The notes: generated by a model not told the origin, from the sequence alone. Positions 1 to 15,200 are shown, numbered from the whole stretch's first letter. The stretch is 63,793 nt of DNA, filler included, from Choristocarpus tenellus KU-1152 (GCA_964200185.2; 11 parts of 11 records of this genome joined end to end with filler, not necessarily neighbours in it), one strand, 5' to 3'. A program made the numbers and translations.

Positions 1-1584
1 CTCATAGTCCCGCTCCATCCTCAATTTTGCGAATCCACTGTTATATACAAATTTATAATATTTGCACCTATTTGTTGACATCCTTTAAATGCAACCCTGT
101 CCATCTTGGGTACCTATCGCTTACTTTGAGTCATGGCAGTCCTTGACTTTTTTCTGAGTGGTACTGCTACCACCATAACAAGCTGTTGTTCGAGTAGAAC
201 AAAAAAGACCCCCTCCTAGACTCCTGACTTTTCAGGTACTCTATCAGCCCCATCCACAACTACCAGGCTCCGCCTGTTCCTGATTTTCTACACTTTGACC
301 TTCCATAGCATAGAATAAGGTTATATGACCGGACTATGGGGCTGAACTACCCCAACAACGAACAAGTGCTGAACTGTATGTCCCCGCCTATCCACCTCAG
401 TCTGTGCCTCAGCTGCTCCAACTCTTCCGTTCAACATCTGCACCATAACCATCACACCCCTACCATCTGAATAACATATCTACCAAAGGGCAAATTTCTC
501 TTTTCGCATATTCAATGCCCTTCCACAAAACAGTTCTTTTGTGCACAAAAACAATCTCAAGACCAATGTGCAGCCAATATGTTAGAAGTCACAACCATAT
601 GGTGCTGTTTGGCAGGGGGAGCAGTCCCTGTTCACCCCCACCCAAGCAGCACACCAGCCACCAGCCAGCCTACCCAGTCAGAGAGCCAACCCAACAATAA
701 CAAACCATGAACGCTCAACCCCAAACCTTACAGTATTTGTTTGTAAGATTAACAGTAATAAAAAGTGCAATGTACTCTGTTCTTACACAAAGATAATATC
801 ATAGTACCTGTGTAGTACTCTGGAGACCAAATACTCATGCACAATGCAGACACAGTCCAGAAGCTAAAATGTGGTCCATACACTTTGCGGGCACATAGCA
901 ATATTACCCGTGAATAGTGCATAGTTCCACATATACCACGTCAATTTCTTGCATAGTTGTGTCATAGCACTGATTAAACCAAAAACATAATTTCAAAACT
1001 GCTAATACAGCTTCAACTTGATTAAGAAATGATGCACTCCTAGCATAATATAACAAGGGAGGGAGTGGCTATTCCAGGTACCTGCACAACAAATACAACA
1101 AGAACCTGAACCTACTGGATTCAGAAAGAGAAAGATATTACACAACAGAGAGAGGACATCAACTATCGTTCAGGCTCACAGCCACATCCCACCACACTAA
1201 AGTAATGCAAAAACAGGTATGATATCAGTCCCCTCTATAAGCAACAATAACAAAATACAGGGATAGAAAGCAGAAACTTGTCTCCAGTCAAAGGGAAGAT
1301 GAATATGTTGCCCTTGCATATAGTATTGCAAACACGAGGGGACCTCGTAAGAACATTAGACAACATGTGGCACTTGACAAGTTCAACATGACCAACAAAA
1401 TACTGGCTATATCAAGGAAAGGACAACAACTCAGTCAGTTCTCCCAGCAGTCAAGTGTTGACTGCCTGGACACCGGGCATGAACAGTGATCAAGGCCCCT
1501 TATCTAAAACTCACGTCATCCTCCACCCATCTAAACAACCTCACAGGTCCTTCCCTGCACACTATAATTCTGAAGGACGGCCAT

Positions 1585-4500
1585 CTAGTCCAGCAGCACG
1601 ATGGCCTCCATAGGAACACCGATTTTGAGCAAAATCGATTCAATATAAAACACAAAGCCTGCTGGACCTGACACAGCCACCTGCATCAAGGGAGTAGCCA
1701 CAAGCCGAGGGGGTATGGAGGACAAAATGCATTACAACTCAAGCTAATAATGTATCTAGTTACCCATCCCACACTCAAACCGAGTGACATGAAAGCTGAC
1801 CAGAGTAAACCAGTACACCATTCAGAACAAGGATTGTACTGCAAATATGACCTCTAAAAAAAATCTGAAACCCTATCAACTTGTATGCTGCCCCAGTTCT
1901 CCCACATTTTGATATAAAAATATACACACACTTTGTTTTTCTCTCCCCATAGTAGTGGCTCCAGTGGAAAGATTATGGGAATCGAAAGTTCCCACAAACC
2001 AAACTTTCCACAACGAATCCAAAGGTTACCATCCCATACGCTCCGTCCACATGCAAGGAGATACTTCAATATAGTGTAATGACTGCCTCAGTTCAATACC
2101 CTAAAAAATGCGGTTCAATCTGGGATGCCCAAACCACTAGTTCTGAAGCCTGCTTAAAGACAGTATCACTACAGATAGTAACACCACTTACATTAAATAA
2201 TATCTTAACCTCTAGCCCCAAAATCATTCAAAAACCTTATCAATCACTCTCACAGCTTGTTCATTGTCCCACCAGCAACACTATGGGATCACAGCCAGAC
2301 AAAGCAAATGCATTATCAGTACAAATTGCATCAAAACGACCGGTATTCTTTTAAGTCCATCCCTCTTACCTGAATTCTTCCAGGGCTGTCCTCCTTGCCA
2401 CACAGCTTATCCAATGCTGCAACTGCATCAGCTTGTGCCATCCTAAGCCCAGTGACGCTTTCCAATTTCTGTGCCTCGATTACCTGATGAGCTGCAGAAA
2501 ATATGGAGACTTTTTTCTTATCACCACTTACTGCTTCATCACCAACAGTCTCAACAGGTGCTGCCTTCTCTTCTCTCATCCCCCCCATACCACCTTCAGC
2601 ACCTCGACCCAAGCTTGCCCTTTTCTCGAAGCCACTTTCATCATCATGACCCCCTTCTTCTGGGATGGTAGGAGGAGGCACTGGCAAGAAGGGATGTGGC
2701 ATTGAGGCTGGCACCCTTGACATAGACAGGTATGAGCGTATCTCTTCAAGTACCTCTGGTCCAATGGCCTTCTCCAGCATGGGCTGACTGATCTTGCCCC
2801 TTACCAATCGACTCTCCTTTGTTCAAGAGGTACGGGAGGTTCCGAGAGGAAGTAAGAGGAGTCAGAGAAGAAGGGCCAATATTGTCTAGATGATGAATCT
2901 TAGAATGGAAAGATGAAACCAATGGCATTCTCTCGCCAACATGTTGCTGCTTGGCATCTAACAACAGGGTGCACAAAATATCTCATCAGGACCTCAAAAG
3001 GACCCACATATCAATATCCATCAGTGTGAAGCCTGTCAAATCTAATAGAAGAGTATTCACACTGCATTTCCTCCCTGAATATAGCAGCAGTGTGTTGAAT
3101 AACTAGAGAAAATAAAAAATAAAATCTAACACCATATCATTGTATGACCTTACCTCCATCAAAGCTGAAGTTATCATCTCACTAAAAATCAATCATACCA
3201 GTTAAAAAGCTCGACCTGGTCAGAAGTAGATTTGGCAAATCTCTCAACCCCAACTACCAAGAAGGCACGATTTTGGTTACCAATTAAGACCAGGTAGCTG
3301 CAATCCGGACTGAACAATGCTGTGACATGAAACAAGCTTGGTCATACGCTGCTTTACACACCATACAAGGTCTAAACACAATAACAAACTCCCCCCTCCT
3401 CTCTCTCACCTCTCCCGCATAAGTTGACCCAGATCTGCCTACAACCCAGCTGTTACTGCTGACACTCCCAATGGTGTGTCTCTCGAACTCCACATGTCTT
3501 CCTGATGAAGACCTAGGTGACAATGACCCACCACCCATTGCCTCCTTCCTAAACCAGGTCTTCTTGGGTGTATTCAACTCAACCAATTGGTCAATCGAAC
3601 TTTGCTGTGAACCTGAAGAATTGCCCTTTCTCAGTACCGCACCCATTACTGAGTTCCATATCCCTGACCCTGAACCTGACTCCTTAGAGTGTCCAAGTTC
3701 CGGACCATCTGATGGCACTGCAGCCAGCTCATTAACATATTCCAAGGTCATCTCAGGGGGATGCCCAGGAACAGGAGAGACATTTTGGGATCGGCCAGCC
3801 CGCAACCAGTTCCTTGTCTTTTCAATTGGCAAGGACCTTTCAATTGGGCTACCCCCAAACTTTGCTATCTTCTGCCTAAACGGCGCTGTGCCCTTCTTCT
3901 TTCTTGGCTTGTTTGTGCGGATTGGGTCACCACTGACAAGCGCTGTAAACTCAAACATACCCTTAGATTTGGACTGAATTCGATAGAGGGATGGAGGATA
4001 TGAGACAGGTCAAGGGAGGTAAGAGGTCAATCATTCTTCAATAGATATTACTCGTGGTGTAGATACAAGGGTGGAGCTGACTGGATGAGGGCAAATATCC
4101 TTACAAAGTCCTTACACAAGTACAGAAAGGGGGCGAGTGGGTGTATGGACGAGCGAATGGAATGCTAAACAAAAGCAATGGCAGGGAGAAATATCCAACA
4201 TTTCTTGCCAATATATCGTATTTGTATAGGGAGAGTAAAACATCACCCTAAAAACAGCATGAGAAGCATAACCAAACATGTCCACTCTCACATACAGAGA
4301 GTACTAGCATCATTGTGGTTGATTAGACCATAGGAAAGTCTTGCCAGGGCTGACCTCAATCTCAAATAGCCCCAGCATGTTACACAATACTGTTTACCAA
4401 ATATGACACAACCTTCATTCATACTAGTACTGCTAATAACACAACCTTTCCCTGATCAAGCAAAACTAGAATTAAAAAAAAAGTGCCATGCCATACAAAA

Positions 4501-7379
4501 TAGAAAATGTTCCACACGACTGCTCCCTTCAGAGCCAATGCACCGGCAAACTATTCCCCTATTCCCTTCACATTGCTCGCCACCTGAAGTTCATCCATCT
4601 CAGTCTCGCAGTATATCTCCAGCTCACTACGGTTCTGCCACAGGAGAGATAGCATTGGACGCACCCTGTCTTCCCTTCTCTCACTACTCTCCCCAATCTC
4701 ATTTTCATCGGGCATATCACGGTACCTGGCAAATGTTTTGAAGTCAAGAGTTGACCGATTGTATCACACACACATAAACATACCCATACACCAGATAATG
4801 CATACCATCCAGGATATAGTGTGTCAAGAAGGGGAGAAATGAGAGGTGGTGATATGCTTTGAAATTGTTGTGTCTTGTGGATAACATGTGTAATCTGAAG
4901 GACTCATGACACAGACCAAATGTCTCACGTCTACTAGTACAATACATGTGCAAACCCAGTTGGTTACATGTGACACATACACACACGCTCAAATAATTGG
5001 GTCCTCTGGTAGGTACAGCAAAATATACTTCATCTTAAAAAGTGATCCCAAGTAGATGACCACACCAAAAAGCTGCAAGTGCAATCTTCCACTTGTCAGC
5101 GAAATATATCCTATACTTTTGTACAGTAGGTTACAATTGACACAGGACAAAGAAGCATGAACATTCAGGTTTGTAGAGGGAAAATCCTTGAAAAGGTGTC
5201 ACAATAACTGCTTGCAAACAAACAACACAACCGTGTCACAGTGAGATGGGGAAGACACAATGGTCAAGAGGCCTGGTTGGGATACAATGACTAGCTCTTA
5301 CCTCATAATGTAGTCCCTGATTACCTGCACCACTGTGAGTATATCCCACGGGACCAAGCCACAAAGCGATGGGTGGAAACACAACACAGTAACACAACAG
5401 GTCAGGATGAGACAACAAAGAATTCAAGTGACATAGGATAAAATTGATCTACGTTCGCTTCATTTTGTACTTTGAACCATAGAACATTTCCTCAACTGAA
5501 TCAAAGACCTGGCATAACAAGAACTCCAGACTACTTGGAGGTAGATTGGACCCCACAAGACACACCAAAAAGGGACCACACAAAACAACAATGCAATGGG
5601 TATCTTGGTGTGTGTTGGCAAAGAGATGCACATGTGTGTAGAAGTGCTAGTCTCCAAGAAGGCTCAAATGATGTCCCTCCATGCCACAAACATACTTGGG
5701 TTCACACCAGTCCCAGCTGCAACCATCACCACCCTCGTATGCACTGGAGGAGGGATCAACTTGGAAACCATAAAGGGACCCTGCAGCTGCACCACTGCAT
5801 TATCCGGATCCTGACATTGCAGCAGCACATGTGTACAAGGATATTCCAAGTGCGGTGAGCTGGATGAGATGGGCAGCCATCATACAATATGAAACCAATG
5901 TCAAATCATTTCCATGCCACAACTTCCAATCATCTAACTCCAAATCTACCACGGTAGTAGACACACATTGACAAATATGGACACAATTAAATAAACTAAA
6001 CATATATTTAGACCAACAGAAACTGCCTGTATGTCACACCCATCAAATAGGATGCTTGCAGCCTTTCCCGCCCTGTCAAATCTAGTAATCACTTCTTCAC
6101 ACATATAATACACAAGCCAGACTAATTCCTCCCCCCCCCGTTTTAGTCTCTTACATTGGCCAGCTTCTCAAGGAGATTGCTCATAGACCCATCCGCATAC
6201 AGGCGTATGCGCATCTCTACACACAGCTCTCCTTCCTCTGTTTCAGAGGCATGCGCCACCTTTCCACTCTCTCCACCCCTCCCATGCTGAACCCTAACAG
6301 CAAAGGCATTGTATGACCGTTGAACCACCTGAAACAGGGTATGTACAATCAATCCCGTTGAGAAATCAAAGAAACCAGACAAATAAGAGAGGCAAACTTA
6401 GTCCAAGTTATTGGGCCCTGCTCAGAGTGGACCAAGAATGATAGTAACACCTTCGGCCACAGTACGGTGTTTGGAATACTACAGTAGGAGGACCTCTTGT
6501 ATTTCAAATTCCTTGCCTTCAAACATAACATATCCTGTGCTGTCAATGGAGACAGATCTACACAAGGGTACATGTTGAGAACCTCTTACCTGCCCACTAG
6601 CTCGTGTTATCCTCATGTTGAAGTAGCAAACACCTCTGACAGCCTCCACCTGAACAAGATTAGGTGGGTATGGGGGGGGAGACATGGAGGAATGGTTCAG
6701 CCATACAGCAACAGCAGTCAAGTTATTCATATGAAAGTTCTATCATTTTGTAGCATCCTTTACGGCCTGCAAGGTGTAAGTATCACTCATCATTGAACAA
6801 AAACGTGCCATAACACTATGGTATAAGTAACTACTAATAGAACGGATTTTGAAATATTTGAATACAGAAACAACAGTATCCTGTTCTATTTTCATCTCTC
6901 TGCTCAACACAATTGACTGATGAACACTGGAGTAGGTAATGTACAATGAAACACGCATGGATCGAAGGCCACCACATTTGAAAATATGAAGACTGTGATC
7001 AGTAGTTGTGCACCCTACAATACCATATACCAAACCTAAGCTTTGTCCCACAGATGTGATCCATTCCTATGCATGACAAGTTCTACCAAACCAACTCTCA
7101 TCCATCAGAGCCTTACACACGCAGCACAAAAGAAACAACATTGGTTTCACTTTCAATACGAACACTTACCCCCCCCTCTCCCTTCCCCCCCCAAACCCTC
7201 CATACACTAACCAGAGCTTGGGCTTTCCCTGGACAAGAAAAGATGTAAGAGTAGACTGGTCGGTTGCTTTTGTCCACTCTCACACGCATCAGAAGTGGAC
7301 AGATATGGAAGAGGTTCAAGATTCGTTTATTAGAGGTCTTCCTTGGAAGAGGATCGTGTTCAGCAAGAGCTTCCACATC
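1585..7379 (-). CDS. FAD-binding plus NAD(P)-binding reductase module (cytochrome b5 reductase/FNR family) of the fusion protein
   Basis: RSYNAF (RxY-type FAD motif), IRLYADGSMS (cf. IKxYxxGxMS), LQGPF, MVAAGTGVNPMVQVIR, LSLLWQNRSELEIY, GKISQPMLEK, VAVSGPAGFV...LLKIG. Confidence 0.85.
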
Positions 7380-9153
7380 CTGCAAGGCGGGTTTGTGCAG
7401 ACGTGTAGTGAGCAATAACTGATAAGACAAGTATCTTTTCAGAGTTTGAGAGAGGGTGAAGGTAGGGTTAGGTTTGGCCATCATGGGACTCCATGTTCCT
7501 TAGTAGCTAGGAGGAGAGAGTGGACAAAACAGTGTCAGGATAAGCAACATTGTAGCGACAGAAGAGTGCGAAATTAGAAATGCCATAGACCACGCAAATA
7601 CTTAAAACATACAATTTTCTATGATAATGAAAGACCTTTGTGTCCCATTATTTCTCCCTTTTAGTCATCTCTCCACCTTCACCTGAGAAGCATCCACCTC
7701 ACTGGTATCCATCAGTTTGCTTTCATTTGCTGCATTAGTGCCATCAAAGTTAGTAGAAGTTGGATGTGTTGAGCGCTTCTTGGCCAAGTGGTGGTGGATA
7801 GTGGCCAGGATATTCAATCTCCGTGCAGTTGATGCCTGCAATGTGTTAGCATGCGAAACAGTCAGAACCATAGCACACTATACTTCACGTAAGCACAACC
7901 CAAATATACATATATATATATATATATTGACAAAAAAAAGGTTGTTCCAGGTGATTAAAATTGGTGTGTCTGTGACCAATAAAGGTATACCTTGCGAGTT
8001 GAGCATGATTTTTCTTTACCAGTTACAGCCGTAACACAATACAAGTATGTCATTCCTTAAAAAATAAGCTATAACTTTGAAGTCTAAAATACTGGAATAC
8101 GAAATGTGTCGGCAAAGTGTACACTGACAGCCATGATTTTACCTTAATTACACATAGACAAGACCAGGAAGAGCAAAACAGGCGGTATCATGTTCCGAAA
8201 AATAACAAAAAAAGACCAACAAAGCTTGCATCGTCCTCCTTACTATTTCACCTACCACAAAGCACATGCACACTACTTGACCAGATGGTCCATATTCCTG
8301 CCATGAACACCCCCACCAGGGTCTCATGGACAAGAAGGGCCTCCTCATTTGCACAAACAAGCATCGTCAGGGATCTACATCACTCAAGCAAGGTATCTTC
8401 TTCTATGTCCTCTTCCTTACCCATGAGCATTCCCAGACAAACATCAGAAAATACCAATTCACCCATTTCACATAATCTCAAGTATGTGTTGCACACAACA
8501 TATTAACACCCTGCCCATCTCTCAAGTAGTATAGCTCTTAGCTGACCCAATACAAGTCCAGAGTAGGTTGGGATTTACAAGGAACCAAAAAGTAGAAAGC
8601 AGGAGAGGGTCAAGGGAGAAGTAGTACATAAGGAAAAAAAATCATTAAAAAAACTTCCTTTCTTGCTCAGAGGTCGGAAATAGAGTCTGTACATGAGGAT
8701 GGCAAGCAGGGAATATGAGAGTCGCACCAGGGCAGCAGATCGCATGTCCGAGGGCATCATCATTGGAACTTCAGAGCGATCACTTTCCTCCTTCTCCTCT
8801 TCCTCCAACATGTCGTCCTCGTCCATGTAGCCCACCACCAGAGTCTTGAGGATCTCAATCGCTTCCTGAGAAAAAAAAAAAATCCTTGATGAGTTGGTAA
8901 TTCAGGTTCTACCATACTACTGGTATCAGTCACAAAAATGTATGCAGTTGGGTTGGCCACCGAATAGAATGATTGCTCCTGAGCAAACAATTTCGAATCA
9001 AGATCCTAGAAAATACTTACAACACCGCTGGTCAAGGGTTAGGGGTTAGGCATCAGGCTTCGTTTGCTCGGCTCAGAACATGAACCTCTAAAAAACCTAA
9101 CCCTTAGCTAATTGACAGAAACGTTCTGACACCATTATGATTGTGTCCTTGCT

Positions 9154-9211
<58 letters not shown>

Positions 9212-12200
9212 TGGATACCACCAGAAAAGATCACATCAAACAAGCGAGCACCACTTGGCCGGTTCCAACAGCCACAAAAAGGTGTGCTCCTAGAAACAAA
9301 TGAGAAGGAGGGTCGGCGCTTTGCCTGGAAGGGGGACAGGATGGTTTATCACCCTAGACGGTAGATGCTTTTCAGTGTGGAACATCGACATCGTACAATT
9401 ACCACTTCCTTTTAAAGACAAAAAGAAGCAGCAACATTCAAGTTCAAGTAAACCAACTAAAAAGAACACACCTCAAAAGCTGCGCACTTTTCTCATTTAT
9501 CAGGGAGATGAAAAGATTCACAACATCACCTCTGAGTGCCTATTTGGAGGGAATAACCCCATATTGCCCAGGGAATCCTGCTCCCCCAAGATCTCTGAAG
9601 TTACATCCGTCCCTACCGCATTCAGAATCAGCCTCGCACCCCCTGGATGCCGCTGAGCAAAGCTGGAGACATCAATAACTGCACCATCCACAATTATCCA
9701 CCGGCGACCATTCAACACCTTGCACAGAAACAACAACATCACACGTCCAAAAAAAAGAAATTTACAGAGCAGGGGATTGGGAGGAGAGCGATATCTTGTG
9801 TGCACACATGTACAAAATTGTGTACATGAGATGACCACACATAAAACATCACTTACCAGCAAACAGAGCAACCACGTCAGGTAAATATCCTCTCCCAACT
9901 TGGCGTTTCAGCAACCCACCACAAACAAGGAACCAAACACTATCTCTCAGTCGTCTTCAATTCCCTTCATTCCCAGGATACCTTCTCATTGAACTCTGTA
10001 GTAGTGTAAATTGGGACCTCATCCGTGCGTGGCATGAGGCGATCCATGCCCATGCTATTCTGACTCTCATTGGGGCTATAGTTGGGGTTCATACAGCCAC
10101 ATGAGGTCTTGCCCTTCCTGTGGTACTGAATGGAATCAACAAGGAAATAAAGAGGGGGTGTGTGTGTGTGTGCATATGCATGCAGATATGAATTATGTAT
10201 GTATTTATGTGTATTTAAGAAATAGAAACAGAAACGGCCAGACGACTAGGTAAAGAGGGCTAGTGGTACTTCTACCATCACCACAACCAATACAAAGTGG
10301 TAGAAAGAAGTGAGGTCACTTTCTTTGGTACTCCAGCTAGGAAAAAGAATCAACACAGTGTGTTGGCAAGTAAGTACAAATACAAGTACAAGTACAAGTA
10401 CAAGTACCAGTACGGAGGAACAGCCAGTACCAAATGCAGCAGGAAGGGAACAATGAAAAATATCCTATCTTCCACAAAAACAATTTAAACAAAGATAGTC
10501 GCTACATTCACCCCCCTGCATAAGTCTGTCGGGGTCCTATACACCCTCCCCCATGACCGCTCTCAACAAACAAAATATTAAAATTCTGTTGCCCTTTCCA
10601 TCATTTGGCAACACATACAGGAACACTAAAAGTGGCAGCAACTTCCTTTGTACAAAATTTTAAAAAAATCGACCTACTGTTTAGTGAAGGAAACGCCTTC
10701 AATGCCAAACCAGGCCGCTGCTCCAACCAACTCGAAGTATCACAGCTGCATACCAGATATAACCAATACCAGTATATACACAACCAATACCAGTTCACAC
10801 TGAAAGTACACCAAAACAAAGGGGCCCAAATGCCTCATGGCTCCATCACTCACCTTCTGCATCTGCTTTCTGATTTCAAAAATGAGAAATAAAAAGGCAA
10901 GGAAGCCCATCCAGATGGGAAATATTAATCTTTGGACCAGGCCAAAAGAACCCAGCTACAGGGAGCACAAGAGTGGGCCAGCAGGCAGGGTGCAACGAAC
11001 CGTTATACAATGGCAAAGGGTTAGGGTTAAAAGAGTTGGGAATGGGAGAGGGAGAGAAGGGATCTAAGTATAAATCAATCCAGTCTACTACTACAGAATT
11101 GCATGCCACAGACCAACACAAAAACACAAGACAGTAGTCAACAGCTCAGTAATAATCACAAGGGCATCAAGGCAGCAAAGATGTCTCAATTGAACCACAC
11201 ATGCGGCCATGGATTGAGATGGATGAAATGGATAAGATGAATGAGATGAATAAGATGGATGAGATGAATGAGATGAATAAGATGGATGAGATGAATAAGA
11301 TGAATGAGATGAATAAGATGAATGAGATGAATAAGATGAATGAGATGAATGAGATGAATAAGATGGATGAGATGAATAAGATGAATGAGATGAATAAGAT
11401 GAATAAGATGGATGAGATGAATAAGATGAATGAGATGAATGAGATGAATAAGATGGATGAGATGAATAAGATGGATGAGATGAATAAGATGAATGAGATG
11501 AATAAGATGAATAAGATGGATGAGATGAATGAGATGAATAAGATGGATGAGATGAATAAGATGAATGAGATGAATGAGATGAATAAGATGGATGAGATGA
11601 ATAAGATGAATGAGATGAATAAGATGGATGAGATGAATAAGATGGATGAGATGAATAAGATGAATGAGATGAATAAGATGAATGAGATGAATAAGATGGA
11701 TGAGATGAATAAGATGAATGAGATGAATGAGATGAATAAGATGAATGAGATGAATGAGATGAATGAGATGAATAAGATGGATGAGATGAATAAGATGAAT
11801 GAGATGAATGAGATGGATGAGATGAATAAGATGAATGAGATGAATATGATGAATGACACAAGAAAAACAAAAGAATACTAATAAAAACAACAAACGCTCA
11901 AGGGCTCAACACAAGAGTGAAGTAGGAAGACAAACTAATACATAGGAGATCACACACGACAACATGGGAGGACACACTGAAGTGCCATTCTCACCACAAT
12001 ACACAACCCCAGACCCAATGTGAACCTTCATGACCCTAATACATAAAATGCCGTAAACAAGCGATATCACATTCTGGCCACCCCCGGAAGTCCAAACCCA
12101 ACTAGTTGCTCATTATAAACCAAGGTAGGAAACTTTAGGGGCAGGGGAGGGGTAGGGGGGTGGGTGGGGGGGGGAACGAGATTTGACTCCTTGCTAATTT

Positions 12201-15200
12201 ATCCAGCTATTGTAGTATAGTCGGAGAAAGTTGAAGCATGAGACTGTGCACATTAGTATTGCATTTGAGCACAGGGAGAGTTCAGTTCAGGGGGTACAGA
12301 CAAAGACAGGGATGGGGGAGGGCAATGAACCTCGAATCCAAGGTCCACAGCCTCAAAGATTAGACTGTCCTCCGCTGACACTAGGGAGAGGCCCCGTCCA
12401 CACTGTACAAAGCCAGCCAAGATGGCGGCTCGCCCGCTCCAGATGTGGACATACTTGTTAACCTGCCGACAACAAGCAAAGAGAGCCACCACGGTAAGAA
12501 CATCAATGTGATTGCCAAGAGTCCATCCAGTGCTCAAATGCTTCACCCCACAAAAAAAACTCATGAAAGTAATATATATATATATATAGACGGTGCCAAT
12601 CAAATGCCGTACAAGAAAATACAAAATAGAAGATGAGTCTAGAAAAAAACAGACAAGAGAGAACGAACAAAGGAGTTCCTAAAATTAAGGCTGTTGGAGG
12701 CAGATAACAGACAGCACCTATCTACCGAGAGAAGAAAAAGAGGGGGGAAAGGAAGTGGAAGGCACAAACGGGGCCCAACCATGGACATCATTCGAGCAAA
12801 AAGACTAAGAATCGAAACGAAAAACCTAGCATTAAAAAAGGCATAAGACTAAAACATCTCGCCTCAGATGGCGGGGTTTTTTTTACACACCCCGAACAAA
12901 GGAACCAAAACCCCCCACCTTTCAACTCGAAGGGGATCGGAATGATGACAAACAACTCTTTTTATCAATCCCAACCCGAGACAATAGAGGTGAGAGTTAG
13001 AAACGATTGCAATCGAACGAGGACCCGCAACAGGAATATCAACAGCGGCAACTCTCCCCACCACCCCACCCACCCCACCCCCGATTCCCTTCGCTGCCTC
13101 CTATTTCCCAAGGCATACCCGATGGAAGATTGAAAAGTTGGCATTCTTAGCCTCCAATGCTCGAGTCCGCAACCACCCTGTGAATAACTGTAAAACCACT
13201 GCAGAAATCATGAAGTAGCCTGCAGCCACAAAGCAATGGCAACAGCAGCAAATGCAAAGGATACAATAAAAGGGGGAACATGGGGGGGAGGGCATTTGAT
13301 GGTGCAGTGACAGAAAGCATACCACTACGTTGGGGATGTGTACTTATCCTAGTGATAAGGGACAGGCAATGGTTGAAAAAAGAGTTTCTTCCAGGCAAGT
13401 TTCACAGCTTGGCTTCAAGCACAACAAAAACTGTAAAATCACTTACTCATTCACTTGGTATGGAGGACACAGTAGTCATTGAACAGAGGATGCAAAATCA
13501 AGCTATGGCAGGTAGAAATGGATGGAATGACTAGAACTTGTGGTTTAGCTGGGTCTAATGGGGGTTCAAGAGGCAAGAATCACAGAAAAAATAAAAAAAA
13601 TGGAAACCATTGAACAAAAAGAAAATCGAAAGTGGAAAAACTTGCTGCATCTCGGCTCAGGATGTCTACACTTAGGGTATCCAAGCCTTGTCCTAAAAAG
13701 GATGTATGAACTGGATACAGAGATATACCTTTTACAGCCTCACCTCAACCTTGACCTTTCAAATAGATACATACAATGCACAAATGGTAGAAAATGTAAA
13801 TCAAAACAAGGAAGGTAAGAAGTGGCATGGGATTTACAACAGGCATGACCGAAACCAAGGTAAGGAGTATTCTGCGGGGGCGTCTGTTTCCCTACCAGCA
13901 AAAGGGAGCTAAAAAAAACTTCAGGTAAGCCACTAAAAACAAGTAGGAACTCTGCGTATCAATAGTGTCACAATTCACTCCTCCAGTGATCGCAATGAGT
14001 ATGAGTAAGAAGATGTTGAGCAATTTAATACTAGATACTTGTGTCACTCTGTGAGTGCACTCAAAACCATCCCATACCACTTGAGATCACAGGAAACATC
14101 TCACCCAAATGGGCATGAGGTGAGTTGTGACCTCCCCCACTGGAGGCAGCAATAGCTGTCACACCCAAAGGAATAACAGCTTCAGATGCAATGATCATGG
14201 CCTCTGCGTGTGCCTCATACCAAGGTGTACCCCTTATCTCTGAGCCCTTTCGGTACCTGATGTGAGGGAAGGAGGGAGGGAGGGAAGGCTGGTGGTTGGA
14301 GAGGGGGAGGAGGGGTGTCATTTCATCCGGAAAAATAGTCGAGAAGGGCGACCAATCAGTGGAATGGGGTAGGTCATGTCATGGCGGCAGCCCAAAACAG
14401 TCCATGTATGAAGTAGACCTGCTGACAAAAGAGGTAGATCATAATAGAAATAGACAAGAATGGAGTATAAACGCACTGCTGTAAGGGACGAGATCAAGTC
14501 AGAGCAAAGCATAGGCATCTAAAGTATGAACAGTGACATCATCAGATTCAGGTGGGGGAGGGGGTGATGTGTAGAGCTCGGGGAAATGGGAAGCAGAGCT
14601 ACGGAGACATACGAGGCAAGGCAGATACTGCCATAATAATCACCAACAATGGTGATGCTTCATGTTCAACCCATGAAAGCAGTCAATCCTTACTCCCAAA
14701 TACTTCAACAGGGTACCTGAGCCAGAATCGGCTCCGCTCATTTCACAGGACTGTACTCTTTCTCAACCCTCACTCTCAAACCACTCACCACTTGCTCCCC
14801 TGCCCCCACCCCTAGAAACCCCTCACCTCACAAAGTAGAACCCGAGGGGCACCAGGATAAGCCATGCGATCAGCAGCAGGGCACCATGGAGTGCATAGTA
14901 TTCCGTATCATCATCACAACTTAATCTTGCTTCTCCAGTGGCAAAGTTCAATGAGGCAATCAGGCGTTGAGAGTTTGGATGTTGCCCGATACCTGACCCT
15001 GAACGCCATGCCACAATAATATTGGTGTCAACACCGGCATCAATGTCGGAAAGGAGGTTGTAGTCCTGTTTTGTCGTGTTGAGAAAGAAAGAGTCGTTCA
15101 GAGTAGGTAGAAAAGGTATTAACAAAACTTGCAAGGGAAAGAGTGCAAGGGAAGGCAAGCCAAGAGAGTTTTCAGATGTTGTAGCATAAGCATGTGCACT

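Noticed and set aside
3471-3977. 168-aa plus-strand ORF (likewise 60025-60402, 60477-60917, 42283-42837)
   Set aside because: Antisense shadows of real exons or ORFs on the other strand.
11213-11855. CRISPR-like array
   Set aside because: No unique spacers, eukaryotic intron context, no cas genes.
11091-11893. Long ORFs (SSH/SSY, FIS/FIL, IHL, MNE/MNK repeats)
   Set aside because: They are by-products of a stop-free 9-bp minisatellite inside an intron. The flanking exons splice in phase without them.
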